A stretch of DNA of 64,000 bases from Geosiphon pyriformis uo1 (GCA_016748015.1 JAAOMT010000514.1:175866-239865); one strand, 5' to 3'. Positions 1 to 12,450 are shown, numbered from the stretch's first letter. Notes: generated from the sequence alone by a model not told the origin. A program made the numbers and translations.

Positions 1-956
1 TCAGAATACTGCAATCCTTGTGACATTGCCAAAAATTTCTGCCAACACATTGACAAAAACATGACAGAGTGTGATCCAACAGAGTACGACTCACCATACT
101 ATGACTTGATACAAGTTTCTAGCTTTGGAAAGTCTCGACTGATAGTAGAGATCGAGAAAATTTTACTCATTTTGTATGTTTGTCTTTGCAAAAAAGACAG
201 TGATAGATATCCATCTCATTGTTCAATTGCCAATATCTTGACTGAACAGAGAAAGCTTAATCATAGAACCAGACGAGATGCTGATATAGTCAAAGTATAT
301 GTTGTGTATTTTTGTGCAATATTTGAATACATCCAGTTCTTTTTTCATAAAATGATTGCCGAAGGATTGGTAGAATACTAGATCCAAAAACAAATTTCCA
401 AAAAATTATCAATGGTTTTTTGGTTTGCAGTGGAAGTGAAAATGAGAGAAATTATTGTGCAGCTTCTGTTTTTGACTGTAAATATGAATGGCCCCACATA
501 TTTTACTGAATTAAAAATGTTTGTGTCTAAATACTGGAAATCAATGAGAGCATGCTTGGAATGACCCTGGAGAATTGATGGTTATGAAGTCAAATCATGG
601 TTCTTGTTTGTTTTTGATAAAGCAAGAATCCTGAATGAAAAGAAAGAACAGATCTGGAGTAATTTTAAGTGGTTGTGATACACTATGAGGACACTTTTTG
701 TAAACAGTGATAGTGGAGGAGTGTTTTGTGTTTTTTTGAACATTACTTCCAAGATCCATAATTTTAGTTCATTTTGTCTGCAAAAAAAAGAATGCAAACT
801 GTTTCCTTCATTCACTAAAGTTGCGTTTGTCGATTTTTCTACCACAAACTTGCTGCAAACCTTGGCTGAATTAGCTCTACCACAGCATTTTTTTAAATTC
901 GGAAGACCATTATGGATGGCTTTGCATAGATCTGACCATCTCACATTAGCCAACAT
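1..956 (+). pseudogene. Pseudogene of a Crinkler-associated-type P-loop NTPase, truncated by an LTR insertion
   Basis: Frame +1 reads continuously through three stops (~379 TAG, ~562 TGA, ~676 TGA). Motifs: YDSPYYDLIQVSSFGKSRL (degenerate Walker A), LYVCLC..RYP, FLFVFDKAR (degenerate Walker B), FCVFLNITSKIHNF, KFGRPLW. This motif series resembles CRN-associated NTPases of fungi and oomycetes. Cut at 957 by an LTR. Confidence 0.6.
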
Positions 957-1885
957 TGTTACAAGAGATTATTTGGGGTGTTGAATCAAATAACAAATCC
1001 GTAACTTGGTGCTCAAAGCGATTGGTGACAATGATAATCTGAAGGTATTTTATCTGAAGATTTTCCAATTGAATTCTTTGTATAATGGACAGAGATTCAT
1101 TAGTAACAGTTTATCAGTAGTTTCCTGAAACCATAGTTTTGTCGATTGCTTGCTCAGCTTGATGATTGATAATTTTTTTAATATGATATCTTCCATAAGT
1201 GTATACCAGTGCTGTTTTCTGGCATCAGTTCCTCCGTAAGTCTTCCAAGAGTAAGTATTGTTTAAACAAGTTTATTCCTCCATAAGTCTTCCAAGAGTAA
1301 ATATTGTTTAAGCAAGTTTATTTCTCCATAAGTCCTCCAAGAGTAAATTTTTTAATCAAGTTAGTAGACAACAAAGAAAATAAAGAAAAAATAAAAGAAA
1401 AAATAAGAAATAAGCCAAGGCAATTTGCAAGTTAGTATCTCATTAATAGCTGTGATCAAGAGCTATTGTTTTAATATGATTAAGTATCAGTTATTATCAA
1501 CATGAAGTGTTGATAGTGAAGAATGAATTTGATATAGTGAATAATTATTTATTTGAGAATTGTAGTAACTAAGCTAAGAATTCTTGGTGTTCATGCTCTC
1601 TTTTTCTGCTTCTAACACTACTGCTATATATACATATTTGAGATTTCTCAATTTTTCAATTCCTTGTGACAGGAATTCTGGAATTTCTGGAATCCTGCAA
1701 TTCCTGATGAGAGGAATCCTGGAATTCTGAAATCCTGTGAATCCTTGCTGAAGAATCCTGAAATTCTTGGAATCCTGCAATTCCTCTGAAAGAAATCCTG
1801 GAATTCTACATTTACTATGTCTACTTCTAATTGGCTAATATCTACTTGCTAATAATAATATACTTCCTATATTCTATGAGTAACA
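957..1885 (-). repeat. 3' LTR (A-type family)
   Basis: TG..CA inverted termini. GGAATCCTGCAATTCC-type repeats at ~1660-1810, TATA near 1626-1632, 46-bp tandem repeat (2.5 copies) at 1231-1346. Homologous to LTRs at 37514, 57553, 58690 and 62874. Confidence 0.9.
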
Positions 1886-1898
1886 TTATTCTCTCCTT

Positions 1899-2528
1899 TT
1901 AATATTGAGCTCTGTCAAAATCTAACTCTTTTAATTCTCCCTTTTCAATTATTTCTTGAATTTCTTTTTCGAGTATTACTTGTATTATTTGAGTTTGTAA
2001 TTCTTCAAATTGGGCATTGGTTATTTTTTCCAATTGATTACTTATAACTGTATCTATTGCTGTGTTAAGTAAGATTTCTGGTCAGTCTTAAAATCTCATA
2101 TATAGCTGGTAAATGGCTTGAGCTTGTGTGGTTAGATTGTTCTTTTCCACAAATTGTTTCAGTTGTCTCAATATTGTTGTGTCAAATAACCATTTTGTTT
2201 TGTCAGTGTACAAATTCTGGATATTTACGTGTTGTTCCAAGTGAAAATGACAATAGTTTTTCAGAAATTGTTGCATCTACCAAGTCCAAGTTTCTCTGGT
2301 AAGTTCTTGATATAATCCGATTATTTATTGTTCTTTCATGGCCAATTTTACCTTGGTTATGATCTTGTCAACAACATTTTTGAGTTTTCTCTGTACTTTG
2401 TGTTGTGGTATCCTTGCAGTACTTTTGTATCAAATGGTTTGTTGATTGATTGTAATTTCCATCTTCTGGTGTTGAATTAATTGAAAGATTTGTTGTATTA
2501 ATAAATAAATGTTGTCAGTAATTTTCAT
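1899..2528 (-). pseudogene. Gypsy ORF3 remnant (env position, unknown function)
   Basis: MKITDNIYLLIQQIFQ...ELTRETW...NIQNLYTDK...YQLYMRF..PEILL, with in-frame stops. Aligns with ORF3 of element B (39187-39822) and ends at the PPT. Confidence 0.7.
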
Positions 2529-3431
2529 TTTTCTGTGTTTTTCTATTGTGTTGACTATGCCTTTATATATTCTTTTTGTTGATCAATTGGACGTGTTGTT
2601 ATCAAGGATGATAATTGGTTTCAGATTTTGTGGAATCTTATCTGGTTGAACTAGTATTCTCTGTACTCCCAGTTGTAGAATATTACTGATAGATGATGAT
2701 TGCTATATGGTAGTATGGTTTCAGTTAATCTCCATGTACTGCTTTGGTCAAGATTTTGTTATTCAATCTTAATTTGTAAGCTCCATTTCTTATAATTTCT
2801 TCTATGTAAAATAGCTAATCCCATTTGGAGTCAAATTTTCTACTCCTTTGTTTTTCCGCTTTGGTATGATGTAGTAGTACTTTGTCTCCAATCTTGAGTT
2901 CAATTGGTTTATCTGGTAGTTGGTTATTATGTTTTTCTTTTTGTTTCTCTTGTGACCTTTGTATGTTATTAGCTGCTTTCTGTCATTTGTTTTCTAATGT
3001 TTCTATTTAGTCATATGTTCTTTTCAACAATGTGTTTTTGAAATTCTCTTCTGTTATTGGTTTGGTTGGGTATGTGCTGACTTCTATTTCCATTGGTAGT
3101 GTTGCTGTTCTACCATATACTAATTCAAATGGTGTTGCTTGTGTAGTATCTTGCTTCATTGTCTAATAAGCAAATAGTACTAATGGTATTAACAAATCCC
3201 AATCATTCTGGTTTTCTTGGCTGAACTTAGCTATTGCTTCACACAATGTTCTGTTGAATTTTTTGACTAATCCGTTGGTTTGTGGATGGTATGGTGATGA
3301 TAATGGTCTCTTAATTTCAAATCTTTGGCTCAATTCTGTTAATGTTCTGTTTACAAAATGCGTTCTTTGGTCTGATAATAATTTTTTTAGACATTCATGT
3401 CAACAAATCAAATCTTGATGAACAAATTCGG

Positions 3432-4401
3432 TGTTACCGAAGGTTTTTGGTCTCTTTTCTTAAATGTTGTTGATGCTTGTTTGCTGTTTTATTCACGACT
3501 AGAGGAAGTAGTTGAACCTTCGATAACTGAATTTATCTTCAAATTATCTCCTATAATTTGAACCGCTGGGCTTATAAGTGGAATGGCCAATTCCGTGCCA
3601 GTTACTTTATGTAGTTACGTTGTAGTAAACATCAACTCTTTCCCAGGAATTGCTCGTCTGGAAGCTCACTAAAAATGTGTAGTTACTTTGCTGTGAAAGT
3701 CAACTCTTCTACAGGAATCTTGTCTGTAGGCTACTCAAATGATTATGATAAGAAAAGAAAGAGAAAAATAAAAGAAACGTAAAGAAATAGAATTTTGTCA
3801 AGGAAACGTTTTCTATCCAGGCCTGGAGTCACTAACAGATTACTGAAATTGGTAGCTAATCAATTTCAAAATGTTAGTTGTGTTGAGAGAATTTCAAGTG
3901 TAATAATCAAAGGATTTGGTTTTCAAATATTTAATTTTTATTTGAGATATGTAAAAAGTGATTTGTTCTAATTAAGATACCTAAAGTAAGATACTATGGT
4001 AAGATATGAGAAGATACATTTTCTTGAAGAGAGAAGCTCTTCTTTTATACAACTTGTTGTAGTACTAGTCTTTGAACTTGCACTTTTTCTCTTTTCTAGA
4101 ATTTCGGTGAACTAAAGATACATTTCGGCGAACTACAAGTTATTTCACTGAACTATGAATTATTTCGGCCAATTTTCATTAATTTCGGCGAATTTTGGCT
4201 ATGTTATATGGTTCAGGGTATTGTGTAAATTGATCATCTCAATTTTTATGGTCCAAATCGGGTTATTGATTAAATGATGATAATTGCTAATTTGATTAAA
4301 TAATAAGTGAAATTCGAAACGATAATAATATATGCTAATTAATAATAGGAATTATAAAGGAAATTTCATGCTAATTAATAGCTAGAATTCTACTGGTAAC
4401 A
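3432..4401 (-). mobile_element. Solo LTR of a distinct family, no TSD
   Basis: Termini TGTTACC...GGTAACA. TTTCGGCGAACT-like repeats spaced ~21 bp at ~4100-4195; TATA-like GTATAAAA on the minus strand at ~4043-4050. Flanks TCGG and TCAT differ. Confidence 0.75.
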
Positions 4402-5620
4402 TCATGCTTGCTTGTATTTCTATTAAAAGCAATATGATTGTTAATTCAGATAGCCAAACTGCTATTAGCATTTGTATTGATAAATTAAAATTGGCTCTAC
4501 ACAATTTTAGAAAATGTTTGTAAATAAAACAGTAACAAATAATAATTATCATTAAAAATAAATTACTTTTAGTATTTTGAATTAAGATTAAAAGCTATGC
4601 TAGTATTATAGAGAATAAATATGTTAATGTGCTTGTCTTTAATATATGCTTTTCTAATTCTGTTTTTTCAACTGTAATCCATAAATTTTTTATATATATA
4701 AATAGTATGACTTTGTTTTGCCATATTTATTATTATGTTAGAAATTTTTACAAAACTTTGTATTATGCTAAGTAAAAAAATAAATCTGAATTAATGATAA
4801 AAAATGTTTGTAATATCAGTATAATAAACTGAAAAAAGTCTTCAAAAGTTTGGCATTTTGATAAACACATGGCTTTTGGTTTTACAAACTACATGTCAAA
4901 TGTCTTATGAATTTATTTTATAAAAGCTTTATATAGACATCTGCTAGTGGTTTTTAAAAAGTGTTTATATAGTACATTATATCCAAGTATAAAGTGCTTA
5001 CTTTGTAATAAGATTGAGACTTCTAATTATACATTCAGGTGCTTTTATAACAATAGTGCTTGTGGTAAGATTTTGTCTAAGTTTAGAATATATTGAACAT
5101 TATTATCAAATGTTGCTGTTTTTTTTTTGTGATTCTCTAAGATTTGTCTTCTTGTATACAAAATATTAACTTGTATTTTACTTTGGTAAAAACTTTGTGC
5201 TTAAAAATTAATGCAGTAAAGCTTTGACTGTATTTGGCAATTCTGGACTAACAAATTTACAGATGATAACATTTATAAAAAACTTAACATTGGCCTACTG
5301 GTCTAAAGTATAGTGTTACAAATCTGAATACAGAGTTAATATAGATAGAAAAGACATAATAATTGTTAACAATAATGTGGTTTCTTATAATTTCAACAGT
5401 ATAAGCAAATTAAGTAATAGAATAGTTATATTGTTTAGTATAAAGAAGAATAAAAAGATATACTTTAGTATATGATTTAAATACTTATTTTTTTCAGGTT
5501 TAAGAAATAACATAGTAGTAATAACTAATTTGTAGTATAATTTTAATTAATCTAAATGGCTGATTATATGTAGTAAGTACATAAATCACATTTAGTTTAT
5601 GATGTATATATATTGTATAT
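4402..5620 (+). mobile_element. Highly decayed LINE 3' fragment (RNase H, Cys/His finger, 3' UTR)
   Basis: Remnants NSDSQTAISIC, IKIKSYASIIENKYVNVL (cf. WVKVRGHSGVSGNEHVDAL) and CLLCNKIETSNYTFRC. The 3' UTR (~5530-5610) resembles the 3' UTR of the adjacent minus-strand LINE. Confidence 0.75.
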
Positions 5621-5971
5621 TCTTAAATAGTAATTAAATTACACTTATTAAACTTAATAAAAACTTAATATAATTATAAAATATTAATATTTAATTATAA
5701 TTAATAAAAATATACAAATATTTTTAAATAAAAAACACAAATTTCAAAATTTTTAAATCTTGTTTTATTAAAATAAATTTTTATGTTAAGTTTATTACTT
5801 TTTTGGTTTTTTTATTTATTGCTAATATTATTAATTTTTTTTTTTTTTTTATAATTTAACAAGTAAGATCCAAACGCGACCTAGTGCTATACATCATACA
5901 AATGATCTAAACTAGGTGCAAATTATGTGCTTTTTACACGTGACCAGCCACTTGGGCCAGTTAGGACTACA

Positions 5972-8900
5972 CTATACACTTATATGCACAGAAACCGAAT
6001 CTCCAATATCTGAAAAAAATGGACAAAACTTACGAAACCCAAAACCAACACCAAATGCCTCAGCCACCCCTAGCAATCTGACCACACCAGCCGAAAACAC
6101 CTTAGGCAAACCAGAAACCGAAGCAGGAGTGAAGCCATCACGTGGAATCAAACTATGCTTCTCCATAAACACTCAGTGTCTGGCCCGGACCAACCAAACA
6201 TCATCCCGAAATGCTAAACAAAACTCATGCACAAAGCTCACAATCCTCTTAGCACCCTCCCTAGAATCTTAAAAAACCGAGATAGATTCATGAAACCATT
6301 CATCAAAAACAAAACTCTTATACAGAGCAACACCAACTCCAACCTCAGAAACACAAGAAGCCAAGGCCTGTAAGACACATGAAGAAGAGCGAGAAAGGCC
6401 AGAAAGAGCCTTCCAAGTTGAAGCATGTGCACCCAACAAATGAGCATGGCCAACGGCATCCTGAAGACACAAAAAGACATGATCCGAGGTCTCAACATCA
6501 CCACAAAACAGACAGACCACACTGGGGTAACTCCTATCATATAAACGCTTGTGCACAGCAACAGTAAGCCAATGATGGAGAGCCTTCATAAAGTAAGTAC
6601 GACATCCCACTGTGTGCATGCTGGTAAAACCGGATGCCAAGTGAGAATCGGGGTGCCACATCATAGAAGACATAAACCAATTGATATCAGCACACAAACT
6701 ATCATCCACAACATGAGAACCCACTCCAATCTCCCAACGAGCTTAGTGAACTGACTGGAAAACATCACGAACAAAGTGTCTAGAATTACCAGAAACTGCC
6801 ATACTACCAGCACATAGAAAACGTTCACTGACTAAATGAGATAGGCGCCAAGCAGAGAGAGCAGCACCCTTGGCAAGCGCATCAACATGCTCATTGCCTG
6901 AGACACCTGAATGACCTCTCACCTTAACCCAATTCACATCCAAATTCTTTTGACAAATGACGGTGGCAATGTGACGACGCTTGATCCAACAGCGGTTCCT
7001 GAAATCCAGACAAACCAGCGAAGACTCTGACCTATATGCATCTAAAGCAGCCTGGCTATTCGAGAACAAGTCAATCGAACGAGAAAAAGGAACACACTCC
7101 AGGGCCAAAGCTATGGCCTGCAGTTCTGTCAGAGTAAAAGAAACCAAACCAGACACCCCAACACCCAAACCCAAGTTAATGTTCTTAAAAAAAACGGCAG
7201 CACCTGCTCTCATGTTAACAGTGCGCAGACCAGAAAGAGACCCATCTGTATACACAGAAAGGTGGGCAGCATCAATGGTTGGCAAAGTGTCATGAATCAC
7301 ACCAAAATTATGAGAAAGACGAATATCAGATACCGCATGACCATCCACCAAAGAAGAACTTGAGGAGAGAGGAACAACACCACCAAGAAAGCGAACGAAA
7401 AGATCAAACCAGAAAGAGACTGGGCCACGAGGGTCTAGCCTCTTCCAGCGCTTGAAGGTACCCCAACTGAAAACATCACCATTACGGTCACAAAGCTGTT
7501 CTACGAAAGCAATTCCATAATGCCTGAGCAAAGAGATACACTTGAAAAAACAGGATTTACCAAGAACCAAAGACATAGGAGTACCATACCGATGATGAAA
7601 AGCACAATCTAGAGGGCCTCCCAAAGACAAATCACATCCAGAAAAAATGCAAACCACACCTGCCAAAAAATTATCCGAGGGACTGACACCAACACAAACT
7701 GGAAACAGCAAAGGATGACGAGAATGCCAGCTGAGAACCTGGAGGTCATGAGACCTATGAAAAAACAAGTGACCCAAGACACCAGTAGAATTCGCAAAAG
7801 CAACAACAGAGGCCAATTTACTCTCAGCCTATATCTGTTCGAAAGTTTTTAAATTGTACAAAGAGGGGTGATAAAGTGCGTCACTGGGGAAATCACATGG
7901 CAACCCAGACTTGGACTTTAAGACCTTGCAAACCAGAGCATCCCATTTACTACAAACACCAACAGAAACGAAACTGAACTGAGTCCTGTAGCTGATGATA
8001 GGAAAAAGAACTGCAGACACCAAATATGCACACTGTTTGTCCGAAATTGCCTTTCTCAAAACAAGATTCACAAAAAACTGTACATCAGCCTGGGCTTTAG
8101 CTAAGCTGGACTTCGAAAGACCCTCAAAAGACAAAAAAATACCCAAATAGCAATGAGATTCCCTTCTCTTGGCAATGAAAATAGGTGCACCACTGATAGT
8201 CAAATGAGGATCCAGCACCTGGCAATTGATGGAGATGGCCACTGTTTTGTCATTGTTTACAGAAATATTGTTAAACCTAAAAAACTCACTAGCAACATCA
8301 AGAATGCATTGTGTAGCAGCCTGGCTGCTACCAATCCAGATAGTATTATCGACAAAAGCGCCGGCAGCAAGAAACGAAGACAGCCCAGCTTGAGGATCTA
8401 CCCAGCCAGTTCTTGATATGAAATGAGAATTCAACCTGTAGTCATACACACTATCCTGTCTTTTGACCTCACACAAAAGTGAATCATAAAAAATATGCCA
8501 GAGAAGAGGCGAGAAAACTTCCCTCTGATCCAGCCCATCATGGACACAATATCCATCAGTCAAGCCAAAGTCGGTCATCACTTTGTTGACACGACCATTG
8601 TGAATACTGCCAAAAAATCTAATAAACCTGTCACACATTTTGATCCTGACTAGACTCCTCCTAAGATGTTCCCAACCAACTGAGTCATAAGCCTTGCGCA
8701 TGTCCTGTAAAACCAGCCAAAGTTCACGGTTCTTTTCCAAGGCATCCTCAACCACAGAACCGATAGCAAAAATGGGAGATTGAGTCATCATACCCTTCAA
8801 AACCGAAAAATTGTCCTCATGAAGAACATCAAAAGTGCTGCAAGCCAGAGAGATCCTATCCAAAAGAATTTTGGAGAGAATTTTGCGGGCCGTTTCAATT

Positions 8901-10660
8901 AAAGCTATAGGACAGGTGTTCGTGAGAACTCCCTTCCATTCATATGGTTTAGGAATCATCGAAACCCAAGCTTCTCTCCAAGGCCCAGGGACCAACTCAC
9001 CAACCAAACAGAAATTCAAGAGCACCAAAAGCATATCCAAAACAGATTTGTCACAATGTTTCCATAATTCGTTGGAGATACCAGAAAGACCAGCCGCTTT
9101 TCCATCAGGAAGATCCTTAACAACAGTTGACAACTCATCAAAACTAATCAAACACATGACATCAGAGAAAGCACCATCAAATACGTAATCCAAAGGCTGA
9201 TATTGACGAGCCCAATCCTCAGATAAGTCAGACACCACCTCACGTTTTCTGGTCCATCCCTCCATAATTTTGTCCACCTTAGACTTAACCAAATCAGGCT
9301 CTAAAATCAACTCATCTTCTACAACCAAATGATCTAGGACCACCTTGTGAAAAGGACGCTCCAAAACACTCTTAATGGTGTGACCCTTGTTCAGCTCAAA
9401 ACTCTCTATCCTCTTACCAATAGCTTGCCTGATCGAGGATTCCTCAGCGCGCTTGGATTCCACTAATTTGAAGGAACAGTATGATTTTCTTGTTTTGGCC
9501 AGCGCAAAACGAATAAGATCAAAATTAGAACCTGAAAGAAACAGAGACTTAACCACCGATGCACTAGGGGAGTCGAGACTGTGCCACACCTCCAACAAAG
9601 AAGCAAAACCATCACTAGAAGCCAAATGCGAAGCCTTGACCAACTTAGAAACCAGCAGCTCCAGCTTGTGAAACCTAGAAGAAGTCTTGGTGAACACACC
9701 ATCAAAACCTTTAAACCATTTTTTCTTAAATGTACTATCTGCTGAAAGAACCATAATCTTGCAAACAATGTCCCACATAGCGTCTACATCTGAAAATCTT
9801 ACTGCCACACCGAAAGCATCCAAGAACATAGAGACATTAGCAGCTAAGGCATCCCTAAACTCCAATCACTTAACTTCATTGGCACTTTTGACGTCAAACT
9901 TCCAACGATCTTTATTCGCTTGCTTACAAAGAGAATTCAAACACGTATCCAAGAGCCTGCCCAGACCCAAATCCACTGAAACAGCTTGATGGTCCGTGTT
10001 AAAATGCTTACTGACATTCAAAACTTCATGATGCACTATCGCATTGACAAGACTTGAGGAGACAAACATGTAATCAATTGTTTTCTTAACACCCCTAGAA
10101 TTTTCCCAAGTGGGCATTTTTGCAGCCGGGCTACCAATTAAAGAATTGACCAGACCCAAATCAAAGCATTTTTTGAAACTTGCACTTTTATGAGAGCCGT
10201 CTTCATTAAAATCGCCACCGAAAATGATGAAAGAAGATTCATTGACAGTTTTTACAATGAGAGAATTGATTTCACCAGCTTGAGAAAACTGAACCACCAA
10301 AGAAGCACCAGCATAAAGCCCCAAAATCGACACAGAAAGTTTACCCTTAAAAAGTAATTTAATGGAAAGGAGCTGACCAGGCATCTTAGAAACCTTGCAC
10401 ATATAATAAGCCAAAGAAACGTCCATGATAACAGCAACACCCGCACCCAAGTGACCGGAGTCCAAACCAGAAGAGAACACTTGGATACTATCAAACTTGT
10501 CTGCAATCCATGGACAAACCCTACTCTTTAATTTCGTTTCAGTAACGATAGAGACTAAATTGTTCATTTCCTTATGCCACCTAATAATGTCTTCTTGTTT
10601 AGCGGGATTGTTCATGTCCCTGACATTGCACGTAGCAACTTTCCAGACTAAACTGTTCAT
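5972..10660 (-). pseudogene. LINE ORF2: APE endonuclease, reverse transcriptase, RNase H, C-terminal Cys/His finger
   Basis: A single reading frame of 1563 codons with 5 internal stops and no frameshift. Motifs KVATCNVR, GGDFNE, IDYMF, TDHQAV (APE); DMRKAYDSVGW, AFVDN (RT); VYTDGS, ELQAI, WVKVRGHSG (RNase H); CLFCGDVETSDHVFLC. Confidence 0.93.
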
Positions 10661-12450
10661 TGAGTAAGAGGTAGAGATACCGGAAGCGCACCTAAACTGT
10701 TCACTTTGGCCGAAAGGCCCAGAACCGTTTCCATTAAACACTTCATGCTGTTTTCTAGCTTAGACACCGAAGACATATCAAAAGACACCGCTCCCGCAAC
10801 ATTCCCACCACTAGTGGACACACTCGAACTCTCACTCATCACTACATCCACCCCTTGATCCTGTGATGAAGGGATCACCAACGGCTGACATCCAGAGCTA
10901 GGCTGGGAAACCATTGGCCCGAGTGCATCCAACCTCTTAGCCAGCTTACCAACTTGCTCCACGAGGCTGGCGAGACTGCGCTCAAGAGCAGCAAACCTAT
11001 TGTTGACTTCCATTGTAACCGGTTGGGACAGCTTCATCTCTGAAGAGGAGCCATTTGTCACCACAACATTCTGACCAGAGAGGGGGAGCAAAAAAGACCT
11101 GCAAGCAACCTTTGCCCAAGAGAGACCACCAAAAAAGACTGGACAGGCAACCGGAGCTGAGCGTTTGGCATAGATGATTGCCAGCCTGCTTTTATCCATA
11201 TCCGAAAAAACCCTACACAGTGAACTACTAGAAGACAATTTCCCACGAACTGCACAACCCAATGACATGTGACCCAATTTCTCACACTTGGCGCATCTAG
11301 CAGAAATGAGGTAAGACCAGCGGAGATTGGTGTTCCTGAGTACTGGCATGGTTCCCACAGCAGCATCCAATGATTCAGCAGAGTCGAAACAAACAACAGC
11401 ACACCTGGCCCGAGCATACGTAACAGAATAATGATCAATGACACATGTTTTCCCACCCACAGATCTAACAAAGTCCCAGATATCATGAGCATTGGTTCCC
11501 ATCGGCAATGTATAGAGCAGCGCCCTATGTTGGTCCCTTACATCCCATGCCTCCTTGTCTGAATCAGTCTTAGCCACACGTACAGCATCTTTCCCGATTA
11601 AGATGGAACACTCAGCTGCGATCAAATCAGCCTGATCTGATTGTTCGAATTCCACCACCACCTTCTGCCACAGCCTGATTAACTGCATCTTGATCGCCCT
11701 AATAACTTCAAACTCGGATAGCGCAGCGCGCACAGCCTCAGCCGATGTTCCAACTGGAATTTTTTTTACGACTACAGCCCGATCTGATCACCCAGATGCT
11801 TTTTTGAGATCGGCATTTACTAAGATCTTCGCATTCGCAGCTTTATCAGTAGCTTTTATTAGACTTGATTTGGAAGTGAATGTCGCCCTGATGATCCCTG
11901 AGAATTTTGAGGGGGTAGATGCCTCCCCAAAACCATTGATTCCAGAAAACAACTTCCTTACCACCACAAGTTTTTCTTGAGAAGATTTGCTGGCCACTTT
12001 ATCCAAGCCAATATCCAATGCGAATGATTTCCTGACTGAAACATTGACCAAATTTTTCATAGAAAGAGGGAGCTCAAGAGGAGCATCCGAGAGAACACCA
12101 TCATCACTACCGTCTTTTGAGAAGTCAATTTTTCCCAATGGCTTGCCTAATGCCTTTTTGGTTTTAACTTTCGAACTTGTGGGCATCTGATCATAATCTC
12201 CACCAGTCAGAGCTTCACTTTCACCATAATCAAAGCTGGTTTCCTCCACCAGACACTCCTCTTCCATATCAACACTTTCAGACTCAGTAGTGTCCTCAGT
12301 CTCCGAACTCCATGAACAAACACCAGGAACTTTAGCAGCAACTCTTCCATTATCAACACCCTCTACCAACACACCTCTCTTCCTCTTTTTCCTTGATGCA
12401 ACTGTTTTAAAACCACTCTCAGAACCAGAAATTTTAGCAGTCTTCTTCAT
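10657..12450 (-). pseudogene. LINE ORF1 (RRM-like domains, CCHC knuckle, coiled coil)
   Basis: One frame of 598 codons with a single internal stop at 11788. CAKCEKLGHMSLGC knuckle; RRM-like segments; coiled-coil RFAALERSLASLVEQVGKLAKRL. Its stop overlaps the ORF2 start (ATGA). Confidence 0.88.

Larger units (their letters stand above)
957..3431 (-). mobile_element. 5'-truncated Ty3/Gypsy LTR retrotransposon (3' LTR, PPT, ORF3, integrase C-terminal half)
   Basis: LTR TGTTAC...GTAACA at 957-1885. PPT AAAAGGAGAGAATAA on the minus strand at 1886-1900. Integrase core and GPF/Y remnant at ~2620-3431, closely similar to 39921-40720. Confidence 0.9.

Noticed and set aside
582-956. 124-aa minus-strand ORF
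   Set aside because: Antisense shadow of the plus-strand NTPase pseudogene; no motifs.
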